A DNA stretch of 64,000 nt from Candidatus Freyarchaeum deiterrae (GTDB taxonomy: Archaea > Asgardarchaeota > Jordiarchaeia > Jordiarchaeales > Jordiarchaeaceae). This document shows, in pieces, positions 38,309 through 48,862 of the stretch. The stretch covers positions 896,001-960,000 of the forward strand of contig CP147778.1 in NCBI GenBank assembly GCA_037305845.1. The letters run 5' to 3'. Within the stretch, counting starts at the first letter, position 1, and each line of letters begins with the position of its first letter. The notes under the pieces were generated by a model that worked only from the letters and a program-made list of their open reading frames with translations, ran no database searches and had not been told where the DNA came from. A program made the translations under genes and the position numbers.

Positions 38309-39370
38309 TTGAAGGAAACTCGGTCTATCAAAAGAAACTTTCTCAGTTGGATGGTCATTCAGATGTCTTTGGAAGAACGTTCATCTCAGCAATCAAAACC
38401 ATTGTCTCCGCCTCGGAAAAACTCTGAAGATATTTTGGGCGAGTTGAGAGAATTAAACCCTGAATTTTTTGAAAGGTATGAAATAATCGATAACTCAAAA
38501 GAGTTTTTGGAATATTTATTGAAGCCTTTGAGGAAGAGTATCGTGATTAATACTCTTAAAGTAAGTTTTGAGGATGTAGCAGAGAACCTTAGTAAAGATT
38601 TTAATCTTGAGCCAGTGCCTTGGTGCGGTGACGGATTTTTTGTCTATTCTAAGGAGGCTGATGCCGAGACTAGGATAGGTAACATGATGGAGTATCAACT
38701 TGGTCTTATTTTTTCTCAGGAGGCGGCCTCCATGATTCCCCCTGTCGTGCTTGACGTAAAGCCGGGGCACTGTGTTCTTGATATGGCTGCAGCTCCAGGG
38801 AGCAAAACAGTTCATATTGGAATGTATATGAAGAACGAGGGTTGTTTGATTGCGGACGATATTAAGGGAAAAAGATTGAATATTCTAATACAGAAAATTC
38901 AGAGATGTGGTATTTTAAACGCGTGGGTTACCATGAAGGATGGAAGATACTTTAACCGATTTGAAAACAAGTTTGACAGAGTGCTTCTCGATGTGCCCTG
39001 TTCCAACGCTGGGATGATAAGAAAGAATTTCAAGTACCTAAGGCTTTGGAACATGAGTAGAGTTGAAAATCTACCCCCGCTTCAGAAGGAGATGCTTCTT
39101 GTAGGCTACAAAGCATTGAAACCGGGGGGAATTATGGTTTACTCAACTTGCACTCTGGACCCAACTGAAAATGAAGAAGTCGTAGATTATCTCATATCAA
39201 AAACAAACGCTAGAGTTGACGAGATAAACTTGCCCATAAGGAGAACAAAACCATTCACCGAATTTGAGGAAAAAAAATTTGACAACCAGGTTAAAAAATG
39301 TCTCAGGCTCCATCCCCAAGACAATGACACAGAAGGTTTTTTCGTAGCAAAAATAGTTAAAGAGGACTAA
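38309..39370 (+). CDS. NOL1/NOP2/RsmF-family RNA m5C methyltransferase
   Basis: QEAASMIP, LDMAAAPGSKT, DRVLLDVPCS, VYSTCT, ENEEVV, GFFVA; true start probably downstream. Confidence 0.92.
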   Translation: MKETRSIKRNFLSWMVIQMSLEERSSQQSKPLSPPRKNSEDILGELRELNPEFFERYEIIDNSKEFLEYLLKPLRKSIVINTLKVSFEDVAENLSKDFNLEPVPWCGDGFFVYSKEADAETRIGNMMEYQLGLIFSQEAASMIPPVVLDVKPGHCVLDMAAAPGSKTVHIGMYMKNEGCLIADDIKGKRLNILIQKIQRCGILNAWVTMKDGRYFNRFENKFDRVLLDVPCSNAGMIRKNFKYLRLWNMSRVENLPPLQKEMLLVGYKALKPGGIMVYSTCTLDPTENEEVVDYLISKTNARVDEINLPIRRTKPFTEFEEKKFDNQVKKCLRLHPQDNDTEGFFVAKIVKED

Positions 39371-39373
39371 GAG

Positions 39374-39820
39374 ATGACTGAAACAGACTCCACTCAAAAA
39401 GTATCCATGATTATAGAAAAACAGTTTGGGGTTAAAATAAATTTTAAATTCAGAGAAGCAGGCAAAAATAAAGTCTACGCTTATAAAGAGTGCACAAACT
39501 TGGAAAAGCAATCCATAGAAATAGTCCACTACGGAGTTTACTTTGGAAGATTCGATAAAGATGGACTAAGACTATCAATCGAAGGCGCCCAGCTAATAGG
39601 TAAAGAAGCAAAAAGAAACATAATAGAAATTGACCATAATAAAGCAGTCAAATGGATGAAGGGAGAAGACCTCAAAATCGAATCGGGAGCCCAGGGTTAC
39701 GTAATTCTGAAGTGGAAAAACTACTACCTCGGATGCGGTGAAATCAAAAACGGAACAATCAAAAACCATCTACCAAAAGATAGAAGAATCACCATCCAAG
39801 AAACCGAACCACAAGATTAA
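39374..39820 (+). CDS. PUA-domain partner (NIP7/RsmF C-terminal-like)
   Basis: GVYFG, RLSIEG, WMKGED, N.LPK.RR; follows the methyltransferase. Confidence 0.75.
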   Translation: MTETDSTQKVSMIIEKQFGVKINFKFREAGKNKVYAYKECTNLEKQSIEIVHYGVYFGRFDKDGLRLSIEGAQLIGKEAKRNIIEIDHNKAVKWMKGEDLKIESGAQGYVILKWKNYYLGCGEIKNGTIKNHLPKDRRITIQETEPQD

Positions 39821-39860
39821 TCTAAAAAAACATGAATTTCCAAAAATTTGTACAAAGTAC

Positions 39861-40475
39861 TTACTCCTCTTTCACCTTAAGTAAGCCCAGAAACTGCTTT
39901 AGTATCATAGCCGTAGCCCCCCAAATGACCTGCCCATTATAGTTATAGAAATAAACTGAAACATTGTGCCCGAAATATTCACGTAACTCCTCATGAAAAT
40001 TTCTTTCATCAAGCAACACTGATAAGGGAACCTCAATAACCCACTCAAGTTCATACTTATTTATTTTAGACCAAGCGTCAGGTGGATGTTTAACTAAACC
40101 CACAAATGGAGTGACTAGATAACTACTAGTAAACGTAACAATATCATCCAGCTCTCCCAAAACCTCAATGTTTTCCCTCGCCAACCCTATCTCCTCAAAA
40201 GTCTCCCTAAACGCGGTATTCAACAAAGTCACATCTTCCACATCAAATCCCCCTCCTGGAAATGAAATCTGACCCTTATGAAATTGAAGTCGATTGCTCC
40301 TCTTTTCAAAAATAATATGGTACTCGCCATTCCTCTCGAAGAGAAGAAGAAAGACCGCGGCGCGTTTGAATTTTGGGTCAGACAATTCTTGCCTCTGACG
40401 TTTGGAAAGCAACTCCTTAATCCTTGACTCCACTTGAGTCGGCCTCCTTTTTCCCAGAATTAGACAAATCATCAC
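39861..40475 (-). CDS. CoA pyrophosphatase (NudL-type NUDIX)
   Basis: AAV, KRS..L..HKGQISFPGG, RETFEEIG, VTPFVG, IWGATA. Confidence 0.9.
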   Translation of the reverse strand: MMICLILGKRRPTQVESRIKELLSKRQRQELSDPKFKRAAVFLLLFERNGEYHIIFEKRSNRLQFHKGQISFPGGGFDVEDVTLLNTAFRETFEEIGLARENIEVLGELDDIVTFTSSYLVTPFVGLVKHPPDAWSKINKYELEWVIEVPLSVLLDERNFHEELREYFGHNVSVYFYNYNGQVIWGATAMILKQFLGLLKVKEE

Positions 40476-40772
40476 GGGAAATGTTTTTCTTGTATTAAAT
40501 TACAATGCTTTTTGAGACAGTGTTAGGCAAAAATACCACTTACTGGGGTTCTTTAAACATTTCTTTGTATCTTTTTTCAATTCGCAGCAAAAATATAGTC
40601 AAATGCAAGAAGTTAAGGTCACCGCTAAGTGTTGAAAAACCCTCCTTTCTTTATTGTAGTTTTAAGAAGTGCTGAGAAACTAGGAGTATTGCACTGTGTA
40701 AGTACGAGCAATTGCAAACGAAGGTTTGTTGATTACTGGTTTAAAAAAGAAGAGGGTGTTAAAGATGTTGGT

Positions 40773-42038
40773 TTAGAAGGGTTTTTGGAGGGTTGAGTCT
40801 GGAAAGACAGCGACCCTAGGTTTTCCTTCGTGCGTGTTTTTAAGCTCCTCGAGGGTTTCCTCCCAGGTTCTGAGGTTGATAGTTTTCTCTGGAGGGGTCA
40901 TTTCCAGCCAGGGTTGCTTCTCGGGGTACTGTGACAGTATTATTATTTTTCCCACTCGGTTTAGTATTCCCGGCGGTGGTAACCACAGGTTTCCTCCAAC
41001 TCTACTGATTCCCCATCTTCCATGGACAAAGTGTGACACCTGTCCTGTAGGTGTGTTGTACACAATCACCAGAGTTCCTCCCTCCTTCATTGCTACCGCT
41101 GGCCAGCAGGATATGGCGGCTTCGCTGGCCTTGGAATAGGCATTGGATATCACTATGTCTGGTGTTTGAGGTATCTGCGCTCGGTAGTGGGTCATCGCTT
41201 CCTCTACTCCTTTCCTCTGGGCTTCCACGACATCTCCTGCAAATATATCGGTGGAGTTTCTCTTAAAATCAAAGAGGACGTTCACTACCATATCCATGCC
41301 TACCATTCTAGTCGCTTCCTCAGAATCTTGCCTCATAATGTTTTCCGTGTTAAGCCTTCCGTATACAAGCTGGCAGGAAGGATGCAAGTCTCTAAAGTTT
41401 TGAGCTGCGGACCACCCTCCCAAGTCGCCGTGATTGAATGTTATTGTTCTTACACTGGAGATTCCTGGCATAACAATTTTTGAGCCGCCTCCAAAGCCGA
41501 ACTGGGGATGTGGCACTATACCGCCAATGCCAATCTTGAGGTCGCAGGCCATAACCTCAGCGTTTATCTCCACCGGTGTCCCGTATTTAGTATGCCCCAA
41601 ATAGTTCAGGTTGCTGTGAGGGTTGTGATTAAAAACAGCGTATTCTTCGATGATTTCATCCCCCAGCTTCTTTGAAAAGTCCTCCCTGTTGTAAGTTCCA
41701 TGAGCCCCGTTAGCACAGATAAATCTTATATGATCCTCACCGACTCCTCCTTTTTTCAATTCTTCAAGAACTGAAGGGACTATTTCGAATACTTTAGTGG
41801 GCCTAGTCATGTCATCAAAGACCACCACTACCTCCTTCTTTCCCTCTGCCAGTTTGCTTAAGAGTTTCGTTCCAATAGGGTTCCTCAGAGCCGAACTGAT
41901 TTGGTTTCTCTTCAAGGCGGGTTTTTTCTCGCCTCCCATACCGCATACAGTAACATCCCAATCGGCGGGCAGCTCTAATTCTAGGCTAGTATCACCATAC
42001 CACGGGTTCTGCATTAAACTAACTTTCACCGTGTTCAC
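40773..42038 (-). CDS. LarA (lactate racemase/DUF2088) family protein
   Basis: VVFDDMTRPT, ANGAH, G.T..GTPVEIN, VPHPQFGFGGGSK..MPG. Confidence 0.85.
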   Translation of the reverse strand: MNTVKVSLMQNPWYGDTSLELELPADWDVTVCGMGGEKKPALKRNQISSALRNPIGTKLLSKLAEGKKEVVVVFDDMTRPTKVFEIVPSVLEELKKGGVGEDHIRFICANGAHGTYNREDFSKKLGDEIIEEYAVFNHNPHSNLNYLGHTKYGTPVEINAEVMACDLKIGIGGIVPHPQFGFGGGSKIVMPGISSVRTITFNHGDLGGWSAAQNFRDLHPSCQLVYGRLNTENIMRQDSEEATRMVGMDMVVNVLFDFKRNSTDIFAGDVVEAQRKGVEEAMTHYRAQIPQTPDIVISNAYSKASEAAISCWPAVAMKEGGTLVIVYNTPTGQVSHFVHGRWGISRVGGNLWLPPPGILNRVGKIIILSQYPEKQPWLEMTPPEKTINLRTWEETLEELKNTHEGKPRVAVFPDSTLQKPF

Positions 42039-42149
42039 CTATCAAAAAGGGGTTATACTTAATTTAAAGCATTTCGACTGCCTTTATGCGTCCTGAACCT
42101 AGAAAAACAAGCTGAGGAATACTGGTGCGTTTAGTTGGTATTGAATGGT

Positions 42150-42641
42150 CTATTTTTTCTTTTTTACTTCCATTTCGAATGTTATGAAAACCGGGTCGAA
42201 GCCCATTGGGCTGACCAACTTTGATATTCGGTCTCTATCTTTCATACCAACGTTTATTCGGATTTTGTCTACGCCTATTTTTCCCAAAATTTCCAGAGCT
42301 TTATCTGCAAGTATTCTTCCCACTCCCTTTCCCTGTTGGTTGGGGTCTACTATCCAGTTGTACAGGTAGCCCACCATTATTCCTGAGGGTTCTAACCTCG
42401 CCTCAATCATCCCCATGCCTAATATTTTATCATCTTCTTCAGCAACAAGTGTCATTCTCTGGAGTCCAGGGCTGAATAATCGTAGTTTATCTGAGTCCTT
42501 CCATTTTTTAGCATCAAATCCTACACCGATAGAGTCACTAAGTTTCTCCATAAGTCTCATCGTTTGTTCATTATCTTTACTTATATAATTTCGAACCACC
42601 ACAGTCATCGGCTCGCCACCCGTATCTACTTTTATCTTCAA
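42150..42641 (-). CDS. GNAT acetyltransferase
   Basis: VDPNQQGKGVG acetyl-CoA motif. Confidence 0.85.
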   Translation of the reverse strand: MKIKVDTGGEPMTVVVRNYISKDNEQTMRLMEKLSDSIGVGFDAKKWKDSDKLRLFSPGLQRMTLVAEEDDKILGMGMIEARLEPSGIMVGYLYNWIVDPNQQGKGVGRILADKALEILGKIGVDKIRINVGMKDRDRISKLVSPMGFDPVFITFEMEVKKKK

Positions 42642-43053
42642 AGGGACTTGAGATTAAAAGAATTATAAACTTTTTGAAAATCCCAATGATGAGAATATAC
42701 TCAGCGGTATCCAAGTTCGCAGATGCCAATAGATCCTCACCATAGGTTTGTGGCCTTCTTTACAATAAGGTATATTTCATCAGGATTTTCACATATTTTC
42801 TGAAGATTTGGTTCATTATTTTTATTCTACACATCTGGAAGAGCCGAACGCTAAAAAGATTTCTCTAAAAGCTAAGTGTTTCCAAGAGGTTGGAGAATCT
42901 AGTTTTTAGAGTTGTTTAGGGAATTTAAAGATGTGAAATCCTATTCTTGATAAAAGGACAGATTTCAATAGAACTCAAAATTCAATAGGGATTCCAAAAT
43001 AACCAAAAAATAAGAAAAAAGAGTAAATTATAAAATAAAGGTTAGTTATTCAC

Positions 43054-43398
43054 TTAACCTTTCATTACTAAGGCGACAATACCACCGATGATTTCGAGTG
43101 CACCAACTATTAGAGCAAAGAACAAACTGTAAGCTGATATGAGTCCGAATAAAATTGTTAATATACCAGCAATTAGGACTAGAATCGCGCTAATTGTAAC
43201 TGCTTTTCCAGCAACCAGCAAGATTGCGAATATCAAAGCTAAAGCAGATCCGATGAAGACAAGAAATGCCCACATTATTGAAACAGGAGTAAGTGTGAGA
43301 GCTACTGCTGCTGCGCCCATCATTAGAAAGCCGTAAAGGAATCCTACGATTGCTCCAATGAGTGCTATTATGCCGCCAATTTGATTTCCAGATGCCAT
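43054..43398 (-). CDS. Small 4-TM membrane protein (paralog A)
   Basis: Gly-rich hydrophobic helices; VAGKAVTISAILVLIAGI shared with 44626..45120. Confidence 0.75.
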   Translation of the reverse strand: MASGNQIGGIIALIGAIVGFLYGFLMMGAAAVALTLTPVSIMWAFLVFIGSALALIFAILLVAGKAVTISAILVLIAGILTILFGLISAYSLFFALIVGALEIIGGIVALVMKG

Positions 43399-43929
43399 TT
43401 TTATATTACCTTCTTTTTATTTTGTATTTACAAGTTTCGATAAAATTGAATTTAAATGTTTTCGGTTATTGCCTCTAGGTTCACGGTGAATGCCGAAGTC
43501 TTTTTCTTATTTGCATGGAAATTATGCATAGTTATGTATAATATTTAATTTTTTTATGAGTGGAAAAAATATAGATTAAAAAACATATAAATCAGTTTTA
43601 CTATAATTTAAGAAACGTTAGGTTTAAGGAATTGTTAGTTTCCGCACCGGATTTCTAAAAGCTCTATTAGTCCTCTTTTTGCTTAAAGAAGGTTTTATAT
43701 AGCTTCTTTTGGCGAAATCGGGACCTTCAAAAAACCCATCACTTCTATTACTATTCAGTCAAAAAAAGGTAATTCCCAGTTTGCACTAGAAATTCTTTAC
43801 ATACCAACGTGTCAAGACTTTTCACTCCAGAAAATGTAAAGAAAATTTCAGGAGACATTAGTCCTGAAAAATTAGTTTAAGTTATTTAGGGATTTAGCTG
43901 GTTTCATCAATTATATTTTGTTCTTTAAT

Positions 43930-44230
43930 TATCATTTGCCTTCGCATTTGACGCTGAGGCATCGGGTTTTTGTTTTCAGTTTAACTAGTGACAGGTTGCA
44001 CTTTGGATACTTCTGATCCAGTAATACACCGGTGGTGGGAAGTTTGAAGGCGGTTTTGCATCCTTTGTAGTAGTTCTCACAGCCCGCTATGAGCCCCCCT
44101 CCTCCTAGAAGAAATATTAGTGATCCGCCGCAGTTTGGACACTTTAATCCATTTTTTAAACTTACGATACGATGTCATCAGAGTTTTTGCAGCATCTATC
44201 AATACATGCTGTATAGCATGAAAGCGTAGA
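43930..44230 (-). pseudogene. Degenerate duplicate of the 3' (Zn-ribbon) end of the helicase gene 45653..48805
   Basis: GCTGAGGCATCGGGTTTTTGTTTTCAGTTTAACTAGTG and GCGGTTTTGCATCCTTTGTAGTAGTTCTC are shared with 45680-45805; upstream part decayed. Confidence 0.85.
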
Positions 44231-44625
44231 TATTAAGAGCGAAGCCAGAAAACCTTCCCTAATATTGTTGTCTGTTGCTCACAGAATATTATTTATCGAA
44301 TTATTATAAGGGAAGACTTATCCCGAGACACTCTCGCGAACATCTCATATTTCTGATCGAACCGAGTGTAAGATGAATCAATCTCATAAAAAGAATAAAT
44401 TGGAAAAAAAGTTCTGAAGATTTTTCTAGACGTATTAACCATGCTATAAGGATAAGAGAATATATCTTTTAACTCTTTTACTGTTTAATGGACTAAAAAC
44501 ATAGAGATATGACTTGTTCTTTAATAAAGTATAATTTTTAGTGGTCGATAACTGTTAACCACTTAAGATTAATAATAAATAAAAAAAATAGAAAGGAGCG
44601 GATGTGAAAGAAGTAGGCATTATTT

Positions 44626-45120
44626 TTACGATAGTGCACCAGACATCAAAGCGATGAAAGCGAAAACTACTATAGCGATACCAGGGAGCGCAAGAATAAT
44701 GCCACCAACAGCGCTGTATCCGCCGCCACCACTTGAAAGTGAGAAAATCAAGGTAGAAAGGACTATTACAATTCCTGCAATGAGGAGTAGAATTGCGGCT
44801 ACTTTCATTCCCTTTCCCGCAATTAACATAGCGCTAGTTACAAGGGATACGAATGCCCCGATAATGATGAGATATCCCCAAATCGGTGAAATAACTGGAG
44901 TCGTCGCAAGCTCTATGAGAAAAATCATAGAGTACGATGCAATGAATGCTGGTGGAAGTCCTGACGCCACCAAAGATAGATAATCTAAGAGAATGGACGA
45001 ATAAACTTGCTGGGTGGCACTTGCTGCAAGTAGAACAATGAGGCCTATTACAATTGTACCGAATGAAGTGAGTAGTGCTAGTATGCCGCTGACTAGAATT
45101 CCTGTTGTGCGTTCAGACAT
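44626..45120 (-). CDS. Small multi-TM membrane protein (paralog B)
   Basis: IAGKGMKVAAILLLIAGI; longer first loop than paralog A. Confidence 0.75.
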   Translation of the reverse strand: MSERTTGILVSGILALLTSFGTIVIGLIVLLAASATQQVYSSILLDYLSLVASGLPPAFIASYSMIFLIELATTPVISPIWGYLIIIGAFVSLVTSAMLIAGKGMKVAAILLLIAGIVIVLSTLIFSLSSGGGGYSAVGGIILALPGIAIVVFAFIALMSGALS

Positions 45121-45652
45121 TTTCCAAAATCACCCTCTCTTTTTTTTATGTTATTTGATTGTAACTTTATTTAAATGTTTTGGAACACGCAGCCGTTGGG
45201 TCACGTTGAGTGCTGAAGTTAATTCTTTAATCGCAAAAAAATTATTCAGAGTCATATGTTTGCATATTTTATATTTTTACAAGTAATAGAATTATAAGTT
45301 AGTTATGTAAAAATAAACAATAATTTAAAATATAAGAGCACTGGATTTTCTTTATACTAACGGGTTGTGATTTTTCGAGGGCCTCGGTCCCCCCAAAAAA
45401 AGAAGCTATTGGAAGTAAGTCTCCTTTAAGCAAAGGGAGGAATAGTAGGGCGCTTAGAGAACTAAGATAAAAACCCGCGACGAGCTAGCCAAAGGTATTC
45501 TCCGAGAGTTGTGTACCAGAGACTTTTACGTCCCGGTGCACCAAACTGCTTATTCCCAAAAATAGAAAGAAAATTTCGGGAAGCGTTCGTGCCTAAAAAC
45601 TTTAGCTTAGGGTCTTCGGCAGTTGTGGTTTCTTTACTAATTTTTTTATTCT

Positions 45653-48600
45653 TTAATTTTTATTCGCTTCACATGTGGTGCTGAGGCATCGGGTTTTTGT
45701 TTTCAGTTTAACTAGTGGCAGGTCGCATTTGGGACATTTCTGGTCGAGTAGCACGCCTGTGGTGGGAAGTTTGAACGCGGTTTTGCATCCTTTGTAGTAG
45801 TTCTCGCAGCCCGCTACAAGTCCTCTCTTTCTGAGGAATATTAGAGAACCGCCGCAGTTTGGACATTTTAGGTTCATTTCGTTGAATTTTCCCTGTATAA
45901 TGTTGTCTGCGTTTTCGCAGCTTCTATCGATGCATGCCTGTATGGAGAAAACATAGTCTGCTTTGAACATGGGCAGCCCACATTTACTACACTTCTGATC
46001 GGTCAGAGTTGCGTTTACTGGAAGCTTGTAGGTGATTCCGCACTCTTTGCAGATGATTTTGTTGTTTTCCTTTGAGAGCCACCCTCCGCATGTTTTGCAT
46101 TTTCCAACTGCTACTTGCACTTGTTGTTTCTTCGGTTCTGTTTTATTTTCCTTTTTTGTGGTTTCTTGTATTTGGATGGTTGGGATGCTTTCAGTTTGAG
46201 AGGTGAAGCTTTGTAAATCTGAGTAAAATGTTTTCTTTTGGGGTGAAATTTTCTTCGGTTGGACTATTATTCTATTTTGTAATGCGGTTGGCTGGTTTTC
46301 TGTAGCTTTTTGAGTTTTTGTGGTTAATTCGGGAATTATTTCTAACGGGCGGGTTACTGGTTTTAGGTCTACGGAGGGTTTGGAGATTGGTTTTATGGTT
46401 GTTTGCAGTGTTTCGGGGGTTCTGAAGATATCGAGGTAGTCTATTTTAATCTTGCATTCGATTGGGGAGTTTGAGGTGTTTAATTTTAGGGGTAGGGTCC
46501 AAGGTTCATCTTTTGATATGGTTGCGGGTTTTTTGAGGAGTTCGTTGTCATTAAGCCATATGGTTATTAGAAAACGTCCGGATTTTCCGTTGTTTTGCAC
46601 GGTAATTTGGAGTTCCATAATGTTTTCGGGTTCGGGGATTTGGTTTATTTTCATGCTTATTGTTGCTTTGGGTAGTTTTTTTGCTTCCTCTAATATTTTT
46701 TTGGACATTTTGGGTAGAAGCCCTATTCGGGTCAGGTCGTACGCAGACATTTGTAAAAGTTGATCGAGGCTTTTAACACCACCCTGTAATAAGACGTCTG
46801 CTGTCTTGGGACCTATTCCTGGTACCTGGGTCAGTTCAATCTGCTCGTCGATAGCGCCTTTCTCAAGTTTGAAGCTTAGTAGCTTTATACTTCTTGAGAT
46901 TTCTTCTTCTAGCTTTAGCTCTGTGGCGAGTCTCTCTAGAGCTGCTAGCAGGCGTAGGGCGTTTTGTTTAATTATCCAGGAGTCAGCTCGTAGGTCTTCC
47001 ATGATTTTGATTTGTTTAATATAAGAAAGAAGGATTGCGAACACCTTTTTCTGGGATTCGTTGAGATCTTTCGTGGAATGCGTATCTATGTCTGAAATTA
47101 CTGTTTTCAGAAATTTCTTTTCAACTCTACGGACTACGATGTCTGCGAACTCTTTGGCTCTTGAGACTAGTGATAGAATATTGGTTTCTTCTGATATGTT
47201 CTTAATGTTGCTGTAGAAAAGCTCGGCGGTTTCTAGTTCTAGGTAGTAGGTGCATGCTATTTCCGCGAGTTTGGTGGCTTTGAAATTGTTGTTTTCTCGT
47301 GTTATAAATCCGTGCTCTTCTAGCCATCGGACTTTGCTTCTGATTTCGTCTTCCAGAAATTTTAGAGCCGCTTCTCCTTTGCGGTTTTTTTCTCTGACGT
47401 AGAGAAAGCTGGCCTTTATCCAGTTTAAGGCGTTTTCTTCGTTTTCTACGGTTCCTAAAACTATCTCGGCGTTTAGATGTTCGGGAAGGGTTTCTAGAAA
47501 TCTTGACTCTAGGTCTCTTTCCTTGAAGAGTAGGTTCCTGTATTTTTGTACGTCTTCATTTCTTACGATTACCCATCCTATTCCCTCATCGTCGTATTGA
47601 GGCCTACCCGCTCTTCCAAGCATTTGAAGGATGTCTAAGGGGCTGATTTCTCTTTCTCCCCTTAGAGCGTCGTAGACGTAAGTGTCTCGTATAACCACTG
47701 CCTTCGCCGGAAGGTTTACACCCCAAGCCAGAGTGCTTGTGGAAACTAAGAGTTTTATTAATCCTTTTCGGAAACAATCCTCAACTATCTGACGATCGCC
47801 GTGACCCAGCCCAGCGTGGTGGAAGGCTACACCTTTGGTGAACACTTCTTTTAAAAGTGTGTTTTTTAGTTGGTTAGAGATTTTTTTGAGTTCAGCTAAT
47901 TCTTGAGGGGTACAGTAAGATAGGGATTGCTCCTCCCAAACTTTTGCGATTTTGTTGGCAGCAAGTCTGGTGTCTCTTCTACTGCCTACAAAGATGAGAA
48001 CCTGGTTGCCCTCAGCCAGTACCCAACCTGATAAGTCCAATGCTTTGAAAAGCCGCAGGTACAAGTTGTAGAACTTGTTATTAGTTTCTTTGTACGGATA
48101 GACGTCGAAACTTAATGGTACTGGTCTTGCTGAGGAATCGAAATAAAAAGTGAAGTTTTCCTTCGCCCCGATCCATTCAGCAACTTCCCGGTAATTCGGC
48201 ATTGTAGCGCTTAGAGCTATTATTCTCAAGGGTACGGCATTAACTTCTGCGAGGCGCCTCATTCGAGAAACAATTGCTTCTAGGACTCCGCCCCGATTGT
48301 CCGAATCTAAGAGATGCGCCTCATCGATGACAATGAGTGAAACATTGTTTACAAAATTATAACCCCTCTTGTTCCACTTTCTACTCGTGCTGTCCCACTT
48401 TTCTGGAGTTGAAACAATAATCTCCGAGGCATTGGCTTCGTAGGGAGAAATTTCCTCGTCACCGGTAGTTATGTATACTTTATAGCCGAGCTTGCCGAAT
48501 ATGTTCCCCCATTTCTCCTCCTTTTCATAAGTTAAGGCTTTTAGCGGTCCCAAGTAGAGCGTCTTCCCCGAAGACCCTAGTTTCCTGATCATTGCTAGCT

Positions 48601-48805
48601 CTGCGATAACTGTTTTCCCACTGGCGGTGGGAGCGCATACCACGATATTTTCATCGGTGTTCAAAACAGAAGGCAAAACAACGGATTGGACACGGTTAAA
48701 CTTCTCAAAGGGAAACAGCTCCCTAAATTTCTCAGAAATAGTGTCTTTAACCGATAACTCATCTGACAACAATAGTCCCCTAAAAGTATTACTAGTTAGT
48801 ATCAC
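45653..48805 (-). CDS. Ski2-like SF2 helicase (Mer3/Brr2/ASCC3-type) with HhH, Ig-like region and C-terminal topoisomerase-type Zn ribbons
   Basis: FNRVQ, APTASGKT, STPEKWDSTSRKW, DEAH, SAT, RPVPL, HHAGL, TSTLAWGVNLPA, QMLGRAGRPQYD, HLNAEI, VPGIGPKTA; multiple C-terminal CxxC pairs. Confidence 0.85.
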   Translation of the reverse strand: MILTSNTFRGLLLSDELSVKDTISEKFRELFPFEKFNRVQSVVLPSVLNTDENIVVCAPTASGKTVIAELAMIRKLGSSGKTLYLGPLKALTYEKEEKWGNIFGKLGYKVYITTGDEEISPYEANASEIIVSTPEKWDSTSRKWNKRGYNFVNNVSLIVIDEAHLLDSDNRGGVLEAIVSRMRRLAEVNAVPLRIIALSATMPNYREVAEWIGAKENFTFYFDSSARPVPLSFDVYPYKETNNKFYNLYLRLFKALDLSGWVLAEGNQVLIFVGSRRDTRLAANKIAKVWEEQSLSYCTPQELAELKKISNQLKNTLLKEVFTKGVAFHHAGLGHGDRQIVEDCFRKGLIKLLVSTSTLAWGVNLPAKAVVIRDTYVYDALRGEREISPLDILQMLGRAGRPQYDDEGIGWVIVRNEDVQKYRNLLFKERDLESRFLETLPEHLNAEIVLGTVENEENALNWIKASFLYVREKNRKGEAALKFLEDEIRSKVRWLEEHGFITRENNNFKATKLAEIACTYYLELETAELFYSNIKNISEETNILSLVSRAKEFADIVVRRVEKKFLKTVISDIDTHSTKDLNESQKKVFAILLSYIKQIKIMEDLRADSWIIKQNALRLLAALERLATELKLEEEISRSIKLLSFKLEKGAIDEQIELTQVPGIGPKTADVLLQGGVKSLDQLLQMSAYDLTRIGLLPKMSKKILEEAKKLPKATISMKINQIPEPENIMELQITVQNNGKSGRFLITIWLNDNELLKKPATISKDEPWTLPLKLNTSNSPIECKIKIDYLDIFRTPETLQTTIKPISKPSVDLKPVTRPLEIIPELTTKTQKATENQPTALQNRIIVQPKKISPQKKTFYSDLQSFTSQTESIPTIQIQETTKKENKTEPKKQQVQVAVGKCKTCGGWLSKENNKIICKECGITYKLPVNATLTDQKCSKCGLPMFKADYVFSIQACIDRSCENADNIIQGKFNEMNLKCPNCGGSLIFLRKRGLVAGCENYYKGCKTAFKLPTTGVLLDQKCPKCDLPLVKLKTKTRCLSTTCEANKN

Positions 48806-48862
48806 TAATCTTTCAGAGCCTTAAAAGAATTTTGAAGCCACCGCCTTATGGCATGTGAGTTT

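Noticed and set aside
42690-42810. Minus-strand fragment LQKICENPDEIY resembling a toxin/nuclease relic
   Set aside because: Too short and interrupted to assign.
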